The position numbers were made by a program, and so were the translations under genes. Shown one piece after another: positions 1 to 8,866 of a stretch of 64,000 nucleotides of DNA. This DNA comes from Gemmatimonadota bacterium. Its GTDB lineage: Bacteria; Gemmatimonadota; Gemmatimonadetes; Palauibacterales; KS3-K002. The notes below the pieces were generated by a model. It ran no database searches. It had not been told where the DNA came from and worked only from the letters and a program-made list of their open reading frames with translations. Positions within the stretch are counted from its first letter, which is position 1, and every line of letters starts with the position of its first letter. Location: contig JBDHKG010000033.1 of assembly GCA_039586495.1 (NCBI GenBank), positions 5,689 to 69,688 on the forward strand, given 5' to 3'.

Positions 1-454
1 GCTGTTCGCCTGGGTCTATGAGACCGCAGCTGCGGCCCCTTTCCACATGGGCACGGTCGAGGCGCCTCACTACCGACGCTACTGGTTCCAGCGCAAGCTG
101 AAGGAGGGTGCGTCGGCGGAAGAGCTGAGCAAGCTGGCGATGCGGATGGGATTCGGCGTGCGAGACGGGAACGGTGTGATCTTCGTCTCGCACAAGGGCG
201 AAGTCTTCCCTGCCGGTTTCTTGCCACACCCTCTGCTCGGGAACGTGCGCGAGCAACGGCTCTCCGTGATCTATCGGGAATCCCCTCACCTGGCGGAGCT
301 TCGCGACATGGACCGGCTGAAGGGCAAGTGCGGCCGCTGCGAGTTGCGCTGGCTGTGCGGCGGCTCCCGAGCCCGCGCCTACGGGATGACGGGCGACCCC
401 ATGGAATCCGACCCTTTCTGTGTCTACGAGCCGACGGCCGGCGACGGCGGCTGA
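1..454 (+). CDS. Radical SAM/SPASM-domain protein, C-terminal fragment (5' end upstream of window)
   Basis: Frame of listed ORF 47..454 is open from the window edge. The C-terminal Cys cluster GKCGRCELRWLCGGSRARAY...DPFCVYEP is typical of SPASM/twitch auxiliary Fe-S domains. Confidence 0.65.
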   Translation, partial: LFAWVYETAAAAPFHMGTVEAPHYRRYWFQRKLKEGASAEELSKLAMRMGFGVRDGNGVIFVSHKGEVFPAGFLPHPLLGNVREQRLSVIYRESPHLAELRDMDRLKGKCGRCELRWLCGGSRARAYGMTGDPMESDPFCVYEPTAGDGG

Positions 455-545
455 GCAGGACCGCCCGCTGTCCCTTCCGGGCTCCGGCGGCTGTATATTG
501 AGCCTGAAGCCGCAGCACGATCTTAACAGACAGGCGCGCAGTAGG

Positions 546-917
546 ATGGGAATCGGCAACATCGGCTGGACGGAGTTCTTGGTCATCCTGGCCATCGCGC
601 TCATCTTCTTCGGGCCGCGCCGCTTGCCCGGCATCGCCCAGGCCATCGGTAAGAGTCTGCGGGAGTTCCAGAAGGCACTCAACGAGGTCAAGTCGGAGAT
701 CGCCGAAGCCGGTCGCGAGATGGAGGAACGGCCCGGCCCGGTGATCAGGCCGCCCGCACTGGCGCCCCCGCCGGAAACGACCAGAGAAGCGGAGGCGACC
801 GTCACCCCACAGCCGCCCGAGGAACCAACCCCAAGCCAGTCGACCGGGGGCAACGCCGCGAGTTCAGACAAAACGGAAACGAGTAATGCAGACCCTTCAG
901 ATCCGCACCTCGCGTAG
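546..917 (+). CDS. tatA: Twin-arginine translocase subunit TatA/E
   Basis: Internal ATG at 546 of ORF 420..917 gives MGIGNIGWTEFLVILAIALIFFGPRRLPGIAQAIGKSLREFQKALNE. This is the canonical TatA TM helix, FGP hinge and amphipathic helix, followed by a long Pro/Glu-rich tail. Confidence 0.85.
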   Translation: MGIGNIGWTEFLVILAIALIFFGPRRLPGIAQAIGKSLREFQKALNEVKSEIAEAGREMEERPGPVIRPPALAPPPETTREAEATVTPQPPEEPTPSQSTGGNAASSDKTETSNADPSDPHLA

Positions 918-1287
918 AGCAGAGCTGGTCGATATCACGGCGCAGGTCCGCGATGCGGTGCACAAGACCGCTGTCAGCGAGGGCGTGGCCCACCTATGGT
1001 CCTTTCACACCACATGCGGTCTCACGGTCAATGAGGGCGCCGACCCTGACGTGGCACGCGACATCGCCTGGAAGCTCGGCGAACTGGTGCCGAGAGACGA
1101 CTCTTCCTACCAGCACGCGGAGGGGAACTCGGATTCCCACATCAAGACCAGCCTGATGAACCCGGGGGCGACTTTGCTCGTCACGAACGGTGATATCGCG
1201 CTGGGTACCTGGCAGGCCGTCTTCCTGGCGGAATTCGACGGCCCCAGGCTCAGAAAGGTGGGAGTGCAGGTCGTGCCCGCAGCCTAG
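886..1287 (+). CDS. YjbQ/UPF0047 family protein (secondary thiamine-phosphate synthase-like)
   Basis: 133 aa with family motifs DIT..V, HTTCGLTVNEGADPDV, EGNSDSHIKTSL and GTWQAVFLAEFDGPR. Overlaps the tatA tail by 32 nt. Confidence 0.8.
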   Translation: MQTLQIRTSRRAELVDITAQVRDAVHKTAVSEGVAHLWSFHTTCGLTVNEGADPDVARDIAWKLGELVPRDDSSYQHAEGNSDSHIKTSLMNPGATLLVTNGDIALGTWQAVFLAEFDGPRLRKVGVQVVPAA

Positions 1288-1928
1288 CGCGAGGACCTCT
1301 GCCCAACGTCGCTGCGGCCGCCTGCCTCGCCGACGGCCTCGCGAAGCTGCTCGTAGCCTTCTTTCCCCAGGATCTCCTTGAACTCGCAGGCGTACGCGTC
1401 GATCGCTCGTGTCGAGCCATCAAAGGCTAGCGTACAGCAGCGGCGGACGCCGTCGCACAGGTCATCGAACTCCACTCGCTCAAACGACGTGACCAGTGGA
1501 AATAGGCGGCAGTAGAACGGCTTGAGGCGCACGCCCTCCGCCAGAGCGAGATCCGGCTCGATCAGCTGAAGAGTGCACAGCCCGTCACGGTTCAGAAACG
1601 CGCACTTGCCGTTGTAAACCGCCGTGCCGATGCAGAGGCCGCCAGGGTAGTCCTCGTCTCTTTCGATTTCGTCCTCGAACCACAGGCTCGTATCCCAGGT
1701 CTGGCTGTCATCCAGGCCCGCCTGGATACGGCCCGCGCAAGCCAGGATACGGTCGCGCTCCTGCAACGAGACGTACACCCCATGACGGCAGCAGTGACCG
1801 CCGCACTCCTCAGGTGCGTTGGACGGTCCACCACCTTCGATACAGCCACGCGCGACCATGCCTTGCACGGTCCACCGGCCGATCCGGATATCGTCGCTCT
1901 GCGGCGTGCTACGTTGGCGTGCTCGCAT
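1284..1928 (-). CDS. Cysteine-rich putative Fe-S/zinc protein (DUF3109 / YkgJ-like)
   Basis: Cys clusters CGGHCCRHGVYV, GKCAFLNRDGLCTLQ and FYCRLFPL resemble CxxCxxCC-type cluster proteins. The start codon is uncertain. Confidence 0.45.
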   Translation of the reverse strand: MRARQRSTPQSDDIRIGRWTVQGMVARGCIEGGGPSNAPEECGGHCCRHGVYVSLQERDRILACAGRIQAGLDDSQTWDTSLWFEDEIERDEDYPGGLCIGTAVYNGKCAFLNRDGLCTLQLIEPDLALAEGVRLKPFYCRLFPLVTSFERVEFDDLCDGVRRCCTLAFDGSTRAIDAYACEFKEILGKEGYEQLREAVGEAGGRSDVGQRSSR

Positions 1929-2100
1929 CCGCTGCTAGCCCTTGAACCTCGCCCGGCCGCAGGTCACCCGAGCTCCTCAACAAGCCTGTCCACGATGCCG
2001 GCTCTGTGCTCAACGCGGCGCCGACGCCGACCTCGCTCCCTGCGCCTGCAGCTGACCGGCTCAATCATACCACCCGCCCGAGAACGCTGAAAGCCCGGCG

Positions 2101-2949
2101 CTAGCGGGCCACCAGCTCCACCCGGCGGTTCTTGCCCCTACCGTCCTCGCTGGCGTTGCTGGCCACCGGAGCCAGGGGCCCAATCCCATGCGGTTCGAGG
2201 CGGCTCCGGTCGATGCCGTAGCGGCTCACCAGCGCCTCCACCACCGCCGCGGCCCGATCCCGGGAAAGCTCCATGTTGTGGTCGAAGCTGCCGGTGGCGT
2301 CGGTATGTCCCACCACAAACAGCTCCAGATCCGTGTTCTCCTCAAGCAGCTGGGCGATCTCTTGCAGGGTCGGCTCCGACTCCGGCTTGATCAGTGCCTG
2401 ATCCGTGTCAAACAAGATGCCGTACACCGCTACCTTGCCGGTGCGCTGAATATCCGCAACCATGGTCGCGGCGCTCGCCATCACCTGCTGGGTCATCGCC
2501 TTCTCTTCGACCACGGTCAGATCATAGGACTCGCCGCCGCTGAAGCAGTGGACGTGTATCCACGCACGGGCGTCCCCGCGGACCAGCTCCAGGTACACGT
2601 TGTAGTCATCACGAGAGACGATCTGCCCACCGGTCGCCTCGATAGCGTTGCTGTAGTTCCGCAGGACCTCCAGCTCGCTGGGCGGCCGCGCTCCCTCCTG
2701 GATCTCGTATGAGATACCGGTTTTGCGTCCCTCAACTAGAAACTCGTACCCCTCCGCGTCATAGAACTCGTACTGGTCGAACTCCCTGAAGTCGCAGTCC
2801 TCGATGTAGAAGCCTGACATCCGGGTGAGCAGCGGGTGATCCTCACAGCCGGCCGCGTCCTGCTGCGCCATGGACCCGCCGGGCCCTGCGAGCAGCAGGG
2901 CCAAGACAAGCATCGAACCTCTCCAATAGTGACACATGATGCCCTCCAC
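2101..2949 (-). CDS. OmpA-family protein with signal peptide
   Basis: N-terminal hydrophobic signal (LVLALLLAGPGGSMA). C-terminal OmpA domain VGHTDATGSFDHNMELSRDRAAAVVEALV...GRGKNRRVELV. Confidence 0.85.
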   Translation of the reverse strand: MEGIMCHYWRGSMLVLALLLAGPGGSMAQQDAAGCEDHPLLTRMSGFYIEDCDFREFDQYEFYDAEGYEFLVEGRKTGISYEIQEGARPPSELEVLRNYSNAIEATGGQIVSRDDYNVYLELVRGDARAWIHVHCFSGGESYDLTVVEEKAMTQQVMASAATMVADIQRTGKVAVYGILFDTDQALIKPESEPTLQEIAQLLEENTDLELFVVGHTDATGSFDHNMELSRDRAAAVVEALVSRYGIDRSRLEPHGIGPLAPVASNASEDGRGKNRRVELVAR

Positions 2950-3224
2950 AGGGGTTGTCCGCCTCGCGAAGCGTCTCGCTCAGTCACAGCTCTACCATGA
3001 ATCGTGGTCCGATCGGCGACGAGAAATGGCCCGACGACGAGGACTCGCTCTCCCGAACGCGCACGTCCTCGATGCAACGGCAGATGGCGTCGCTCTGCAC
3101 GGGGGCGCGCTGTGACGTACGCGGCCTCAGGGTCGCGGGGCCAATACACACTGTCCAACCGATTGTCCTGTATACAATTACGCCACAGGGGTGCCCTGTG
3201 GCCGGCGCACACATAGGTCCTGGT

Positions 3225-3590
3225 TCAGGATGAGGTGGCCGGCGACTCGACGCCGGTCTTCCAGAGACCCAGCAGGTAGGGGTCGTACTCCTCAGGATTC
3301 CGTTTGTAGTCTTCAGCCCAGGACTCGAAGTCCGGCAGGGCCAGATAACCCATCAGCTGCTCGACGAGCAGCGTCACGAGTTGTCTGAGGTTCAAGGCGC
3401 CTTGCTCAGCGCCCGCCCTCTCTTCCGCCGCCCTGGCGAGCTCGAAGACCCGCTCCTCCTCGAGTTCCATGAAGACATCGCAAACTCGAGCGGAGCAGTA
3501 GTCCAGGTACTTCGCCCGCAGAACTTCTTCCGGCTCGGCCCCCGACCTGTGGGGCTTCGGCGGCTCGCCCTTTCCCAATCGCCGCGCCAT
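3225..3590 (-). CDS. Hypothetical protein
   Basis: Internal ATG (3588-3590) of ORF 3225..3641 is preceded by a strong GGAGGAGGGGAGC Shine-Dalgarno. Composition is acidic and helical. No family recognised. Confidence 0.45.
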   Translation of the reverse strand: MARRLGKGEPPKPHRSGAEPEEVLRAKYLDYCSARVCDVFMELEEERVFELARAAEERAGAEQGALNLRQLVTLLVEQLMGYLALPDFESWAEDYKRNPEEYDPYLLGLWKTGVESPATSS

Positions 3591-3744
3591 GCTCCCCTCC
3601 TCCGCAAAGGGCGACCACGTCGCAACCTCGCAACAGGTCACCTGCGCCCATGCTAAAACCCCTGAGGCGGCAGGTCAAGGAGCGCTGGCTTGTGGCGGGA
3701 ACAAGCGTTAGCGAAGGCCTTCGGCGGGGGGGAGGGCCGGCCGT

Positions 3745-3966
3745 CTACGTCAGCTCAAGAGACGACTCAAGGGACGACTCCCAAGGCGACGCAGACGGCC
3801 GGTGCAGGGCCGTCACGCCCTGCAGACGAGCGAACACCGCTCGCCGGACTAGCCCATAGGCCAAAACCCTCTCCAAGAACTCGGGATCAGTCTCTTGAAG
3901 GCGCTCCACCTCGTCAGCTAGATCGCACGGCAAGTTCACAACGAGGCTGACTGATCGTGACTCCAT
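3745..3966 (-). CDS. Hypothetical small protein (possible ribbon-helix-helix-like)
   Basis: 73-aa ORF with a beta-alpha-alpha-like pattern VSLVVNLP / DLADEVERLQ / EFLERVLAYGL. Weak evidence only. Confidence 0.3.
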   Translation of the reverse strand: MESRSVSLVVNLPCDLADEVERLQETDPEFLERVLAYGLVRRAVFARLQGVTALHRPSASPWESSLESSLELT

Positions 3967-4377
3967 CCAGTTGGGTCCTTCAGGTTTGAGGGCGCACTAC
4001 GGCCACGCCAAGATGGCCACAAGAATTACAAATTTATCGGAATGGGCTGCCCTGCAGAGAATCCCCGGACAAGATCCGTAGAGCAGCAACGCTACCTCGA
4101 AGCGCGCCCATTATACACGCGAGGGATCGGGCACGCAAGTCCCAGAGGCTTCGAACGTGCGTTCGATGCCCGGTCTTTAAAGCATTGCACTACAACGACT
4201 TGCAACGATGGCCGCACCCGCGGCCGCCAGCGAATTTTGCAGAAACTTCTGATACGAAGATTGCACGTTTTCCTAACGCAACCTCTTATCGCACGCGAGA
4301 TGCGCGTTCCGAATTTTCGAAACCTCTGTATGGCACCGGCCTGATTTTGAAAAAATTTGCGAGCCTAGGCAATCCAT

Positions 4378-6945
4378 TCACAAGAGTTCGAGCACCTCGC
4401 GAACAGCGTTCGCATCTGAACGACACGCAACCCAAAGATCACCCACAGCTTGCAGGCGCGAACCCATCGATCGCAGCGAGAAGTCTTCGGGCTCGAACTC
4501 ATCTTCGAGTTCCCGCCAGGCAAGGGGAGCGGAGACGGTCGCGCCCGGCTGAGGTCGGACCGAGTAGGCCGACGCCACTGTGGACCCCTGCCGATTCTGG
4601 AGGAAGTCGAGATAGACGCGCGCGCCCCGCTTGGAGACCACTCGTTGCACGGTGGTGAGCTCAGGGAACGACCTGGCGACCAGACTGGCAATGAGTTCCG
4701 CCAGCAGGCGGCCCGTCTCGTAGCTGGTGCCGGCCTGGAGCGGGATGACGATGTGGATTCCTCTGGCTCCGGACGTCTTGGGGTAACCTCTGAGCCCGAG
4801 CCGCTGGAGCTGTGCGCGGACGGCAACTGCCGCCTCGCGGACCCTGGAAAAGGCTGCGCCTTGGCCGGGATCCAGGTCGAGAATGCTGTAGTCGAGGTCA
4901 CCCAGACTACCGAGCCGAGACGGCCAGACGTGCTGAGAGATGGCGGCTAGCTGCGCAGCGTAGAGAAGCGTGTAGAGGTCGCCCCCGATAAGCCGGTCGA
5001 CCTGTTCCCCCTCGATTTCGATTCTAGCGGTGCGCACACCCTCGGGGATGGACTCGGGCGCCCGCTGCTGGTAGAAGGCCTCACCCGTGATCCCGTTGGG
5101 GTAGCGCTCCAGAGTGAGAGGCCGATCACGGAGTACAGGCAGGATAGCAGGTGCGACGGAGACGTAGTACCGCAACATCTCCCCCTTGGTCGCCCCCATC
5201 TCTGGCCAGAATACCTTCCGCAGATTAGTGACCCTGAGCCGTCGCCCCTCCAAGACGACCTCGCCGTCCTGCCCTGATCGCTCCAGAGCCTCGAGCGTCT
5301 GCAACAACGACTGCAACTCCGACGTGAGCTGAACCGCCGGTCCGCGCGCTTCCCGGAGGGGCAGGCTCTCGCGAACGACGCGCACGGGGTCCACATCAGC
5401 GCGCAAGCCGAGGAAGACCGGTTGACGGAGCCGACCGTCGCGTGTCCACTCCTGGAACTTGACCTCGGCGACCAGCTCCGGGCGAACCCAGTGGACGTCC
5501 CTGACGTCGTCGGGGGTCTCAGTGCAGGCGCAGGATTCCCGCTCCAGCCTGACGACTCTGTTTGAGATCTCACTGAGATCGGCCTCGCTGAAGCCTGTGC
5601 CGACCCGGCCCGCGTAGCGCAGCCGTGGACCGTCAGGGGCATCCTCGTGGTAGCCGAGCAGCAGGGCGCCGAAGCCGCGGCGGCCACTCTGGGGCTCCGT
5701 CCAGCCACAGATCACGAACTCCTGCCGCGCCAGCTCCTTGACCTTTACCCAGTCCTGAGTCCGCTCGCCGGACCGGTAGCGGCTCTTCAAGCGCTTGGCG
5801 ATGACGCCCTCCCACCCCTCACGGCGCGCGCGTTCCCGCATGGCACCGCCGCTGGCGACATCGTGGGAGACGTAGTGCAGGCGGTGGCCGGCCGTCTTGA
5901 GGAGCGACCGCAGCCTCTCCTTCCGATCGGACAGGGGTCGCGCCCGCAGATCCTCGCCGTCGAGCCAGAGGAGGTCGAAGAGGAAGAGCTCAGCAGGTTG
6001 CGCTCTCGCCCACTGGGCAATCTCCCTCGGCTCGCGGAGATTGAAGCGCGCCTGAAGATCCTCGAAGCGCGGCCCATGTTCGCTGATGGCCGCGACGATC
6101 TCTCCGTCCACCACGAACCCGTGGCCCGACCGGCAAGCCAGCAGCTCCAGAGCCTCCGAGATCTCAGGGAAAGCCAGCTCGAGGGGCTGCCCGCGTCGCG
6201 AGTAGATCCGCACCGCAAGGCCGGGCTGCGCCCAGCCCAGTGCACGCACGCCGTCCAGCTTCGGCTCGAAGCACCAGGCCTCCCCGTCAGGGAGCCCGTC
6301 GCTGGGTTGAGCCAGCATGGGCCGCGTGTCCACGGGAGCCACCCTCTGATCGGACGTATCGACGGCTGAATCTTCGGCGAGCATCGGGTCGCCCAGTCTG
6401 CGGCCCGATACCAGCGAATCGTGGAAGCGTTCGACCAGTCCCTCCGGCTGGCCGGGCTCGGCGTAGGCGTCGCGCTTCTTGATGAGCAGCCAGCTCTTGT
6501 CGCCCTCCCGACCCTTCATACGCACGAGCGTCCAGCGGCCGCGCATCCGCTCACCGAACAGCACGAAGTCAAGCTTGCCTTCCCGCAGCCCACGGTCCAG
6601 CGCCTCGTCGGACTTCTCGGTCTCCCCGACCGGTTCGTAGCTGCCGCGATCCCAGATGATCACCACCCCGGCACCGTACTCGCCTTCGGGGATCGCGCCC
6701 TCGAAGTCGCCGTACTCCAGAGGATGGTCTTCCACCTCCACCGCCAGCCGCTTAGTCCCCGGGTCAGCGCTGGGCCCCTTGGGCACCGCCCAGCTCTTCA
6801 GCGTCCCAGCGATCTCCAGGCGCAGGTCGAAATGGGTCCGGCGCGCCGCATGCTTCTGAACCACGAAGCGCCGCGCTGCACCACCCGGTGGCTCGGGCGT
6901 GCGAGAGAAGTCCCGTTTTTGCCGATAGCGCTCGATGTCACTCAC
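4378..6945 (-). CDS. ligD: ATP-dependent DNA ligase LigD, three-domain form (phosphoesterase-ligase-polymerase/primase)
   Basis: 855 aa. The N-terminal 3'-phosphoesterase signature is RFVVQKHAARRTHFDLRLE. The ligase adenylation motif is EPKLDGVR. The C-terminal primase-polymerase domain contains YPKTSGARGIHIVIPL. Lies adjacent to ku. Confidence 0.9.
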   Translation of the reverse strand: MSDIERYRQKRDFSRTPEPPGGAARRFVVQKHAARRTHFDLRLEIAGTLKSWAVPKGPSADPGTKRLAVEVEDHPLEYGDFEGAIPEGEYGAGVVIIWDRGSYEPVGETEKSDEALDRGLREGKLDFVLFGERMRGRWTLVRMKGREGDKSWLLIKKRDAYAEPGQPEGLVERFHDSLVSGRRLGDPMLAEDSAVDTSDQRVAPVDTRPMLAQPSDGLPDGEAWCFEPKLDGVRALGWAQPGLAVRIYSRRGQPLELAFPEISEALELLACRSGHGFVVDGEIVAAISEHGPRFEDLQARFNLREPREIAQWARAQPAELFLFDLLWLDGEDLRARPLSDRKERLRSLLKTAGHRLHYVSHDVASGGAMRERARREGWEGVIAKRLKSRYRSGERTQDWVKVKELARQEFVICGWTEPQSGRRGFGALLLGYHEDAPDGPRLRYAGRVGTGFSEADLSEISNRVVRLERESCACTETPDDVRDVHWVRPELVAEVKFQEWTRDGRLRQPVFLGLRADVDPVRVVRESLPLREARGPAVQLTSELQSLLQTLEALERSGQDGEVVLEGRRLRVTNLRKVFWPEMGATKGEMLRYYVSVAPAILPVLRDRPLTLERYPNGITGEAFYQQRAPESIPEGVRTARIEIEGEQVDRLIGGDLYTLLYAAQLAAISQHVWPSRLGSLGDLDYSILDLDPGQGAAFSRVREAAVAVRAQLQRLGLRGYPKTSGARGIHIVIPLQAGTSYETGRLLAELIASLVARSFPELTTVQRVVSKRGARVYLDFLQNRQGSTVASAYSVRPQPGATVSAPLAWRELEDEFEPEDFSLRSMGSRLQAVGDLWVACRSDANAVREVLELL

Positions 6946-6989
6946 TGGTCTTCGACCCTCACAGGTCGTCGCCTCTCGCGGAGCTGCCG

Positions 6990-7808
6990 TCAGCCTGAGC
7001 CCTCTGCCGCCCGCGCTTCACTTTCTGCCTGACGCTCGCGCTCCGCCTTCTCCAGGCTCTCCTTCAGCCGCGCCACCAGGTCCACCACCTCTGCCTCCAC
7101 TGCCTCCTCGACTTCGATCCTCGCGATCTCGCGCCCCTCGATCTTCGCCTGAATCCGCTCCATCAGCTTCTCGTTATACTCGTCCTTGTACCTCTCGGGC
7201 TCGAACTTTGTCGAGAGCTGACCGACGAGCTGAAGCGCTATGTCGATCTCTTTTGCCGTGAGGCCTTCCTCCACCGGCGTCTGGACCGCCTCCAAGGGGA
7301 TCAATTCATCGTCGAAGCGCATGAGATCCAGCACCAGCGCGTCGCCCACCACCTTGACCGCTGCCAGATGCTCCCGATTACGGAACACCACCTTGGCGAC
7401 CGCGACCTTGCCGGTCTCTCTCATCGCGCGGCGCAGCAACGCGTACGCCTTCTCGCCCCCCGGCTGCACCGCCAAATAGTACGGCTTCTCGAAGTAGCGC
7501 GAGTCGATCTCCGCTTCGTCCACGAACTCCACGATGTCTATGGTCCGCGTGACCTGGAGGGCGACCTGCTTGAAGTCCTCGTCGTCCAGGATGACGAAGT
7601 GCCCCGGCTCGTACTCGTAGCCCTTGACCAGCTCCTTGTGGTCCACACGCTCGTCCTCACCTTGCCGGACGCGGATCGTCCGCACGGGCGTATTGTCACG
7701 GCCGTGGAGCATCCGGAAGGTGGGCATCGTGTCGCGGGTCGCGCTTTCCACACGCACCGGGATGTTCACCAAGCCGAAGCTGATGGCGCCCTTCCAGATC
7801 GTGCCCAT
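6990..7808 (-). CDS. ku: Ku protein (non-homologous end joining)
   Basis: The N-terminus MGTIWKGAISFGLVNIPVRV... is the canonical bacterial Ku start. Basic/acidic C-terminal tail. Confidence 0.95.
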   Translation of the reverse strand: MGTIWKGAISFGLVNIPVRVESATRDTMPTFRMLHGRDNTPVRTIRVRQGEDERVDHKELVKGYEYEPGHFVILDDEDFKQVALQVTRTIDIVEFVDEAEIDSRYFEKPYYLAVQPGGEKAYALLRRAMRETGKVAVAKVVFRNREHLAAVKVVGDALVLDLMRFDDELIPLEAVQTPVEEGLTAKEIDIALQLVGQLSTKFEPERYKDEYNEKLMERIQAKIEGREIARIEVEEAVEAEVVDLVARLKESLEKAERERQAESEARAAEGSG

Positions 7809-8055
7809 AGGCTGAGGCCTCCAGGTATAAGCTGTTCAGAGATCGAGAGATACAAAGATGGGCCCAGCGGCGTTCCCAGGCCAGGTGGTAGAGGAGCCGC
7901 AGCCACACGGCTACTGGCTTTCCCACGCGGGCTGTGGAAAACCTGGGTCGACTGCGCCGGACCGCGATCTCCGGTCGCCGCTACGTACAACGATTCCACG
8001 CCGGCGAGCGTTTCCCAATGCGTAGCAGCCCGGATCCTACTCGCCGCAGCCGGGC

Positions 8056-8352
8056 TCAAGCGGGGTGACTGATGTCGGCGAAGGCCATCAACAGGGACAG
8101 CAGAAGGGCGAGCACGGAGAAGAGGGCCAGGAGAGCGATCAGCGGGAGCGTGAACCCGACAGCGGCACGGCCGTTAGTGGTGCGCTGTACCTCGCGCACG
8201 GCGATGAACAGCAGGACGGTGCCCCATACCGTGCCGAGCAGCGGGCCGAAGAAGGGGAAGATCGCGAACGCCGCTGGGCCCGACGCGTAGGCGACGGCCC
8301 GGAAGGTGGCCTCAAAGCCGCGGCGACCGGCACCGACGATGACGAAGGAGCC
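8056..8352 (-). pseudogene. Out-of-frame continuation of the YIP1-like membrane protein
   Basis: The third minus frame has no start codon, so it is not in the ORF track. It reads GSFVIVGAGRRGFEATFRAVAYASGPAAFAIFPFFGPLLGTVWGTVLLFIAVREVQRTTNGRAAVGFTLPLIALLALFSVLALLLSLLMAFADISHPA-stop (stop at 8056-8058). Confidence 0.6.
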
Positions 8353-8866
8353 CCACGTACAAAGCGATTATGAACACCAGCCACACGATCAGCATGACGA
8401 AGCTGCCCAGCCCGAAGGCGAGCGCTCCCTCCTCCTGACCGGTCGAGAGAGTTCCCTCGATGAGACCCCAGTAGAGGTTGAACACCAGCGCGACAAACGC
8501 GAGCAGAACCGCGTAGCCGAGCGCGGGCCCGAGGCCGCTGCGTGGAGAGAGCCTGCGGAAGAACTGTACCGGCCGAAAGACGCTATCGCGCCAAGTGAGC
8601 CAGAGGGCATTCCAGAACCCGTAGACCCTCCGGACTTCCCACGGCGGCGGTTCGGTCCCCACCACCGCCCCATCCTCCTCGGAGCGGGCGCCCACCGTCG
8701 CCGGTGCCGAGGCCGTAGGCAGCGGCTCCGGCGCGGACAGCTCGGGCCGGTGCGGTGTGCCGAGCGGCGCGGTCGCCGCTAGCACCTCACCACAGAACGG
8801 ACAGATCTCATCGCTTGCCAGAAGCGGTGCGCCGCAACCCGGGCAGTCGGAAGGCTTCACGCTCAC
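8312..8866 (-). CDS. Zinc-ribbon + YIP1-like membrane protein, upstream portion (reading frame breaks near 8351)
   Basis: CPGCGAPLLASDEICPFCG zinc ribbon, then TM segments. The ORF ends in a non-hydrophobic tail LLRHRRCRSPRL right after a G4 run. Its start overlaps the stop of the upstream acyl-CoA synthetase gene by 4 nt. Confidence 0.7.
   Translation of the reverse strand: MSVKPSDCPGCGAPLLASDEICPFCGEVLAATAPLGTPHRPELSAPEPLPTASAPATVGARSEEDGAVVGTEPPPWEVRRVYGFWNALWLTWRDSVFRPVQFFRRLSPRSGLGPALGYAVLLAFVALVFNLYWGLIEGTLSTGQEEGALAFGLGSFVMLIVWLVFIIALYVGLLRHRRCRSPRL

Noticed and set aside
4042-4658. ORFs 4042..4344 and 4185..4658 inside the low-GC island
   Set aside because: No motifs and no RBS. The composition is atypical, and the second ORF runs antisense into ligD.
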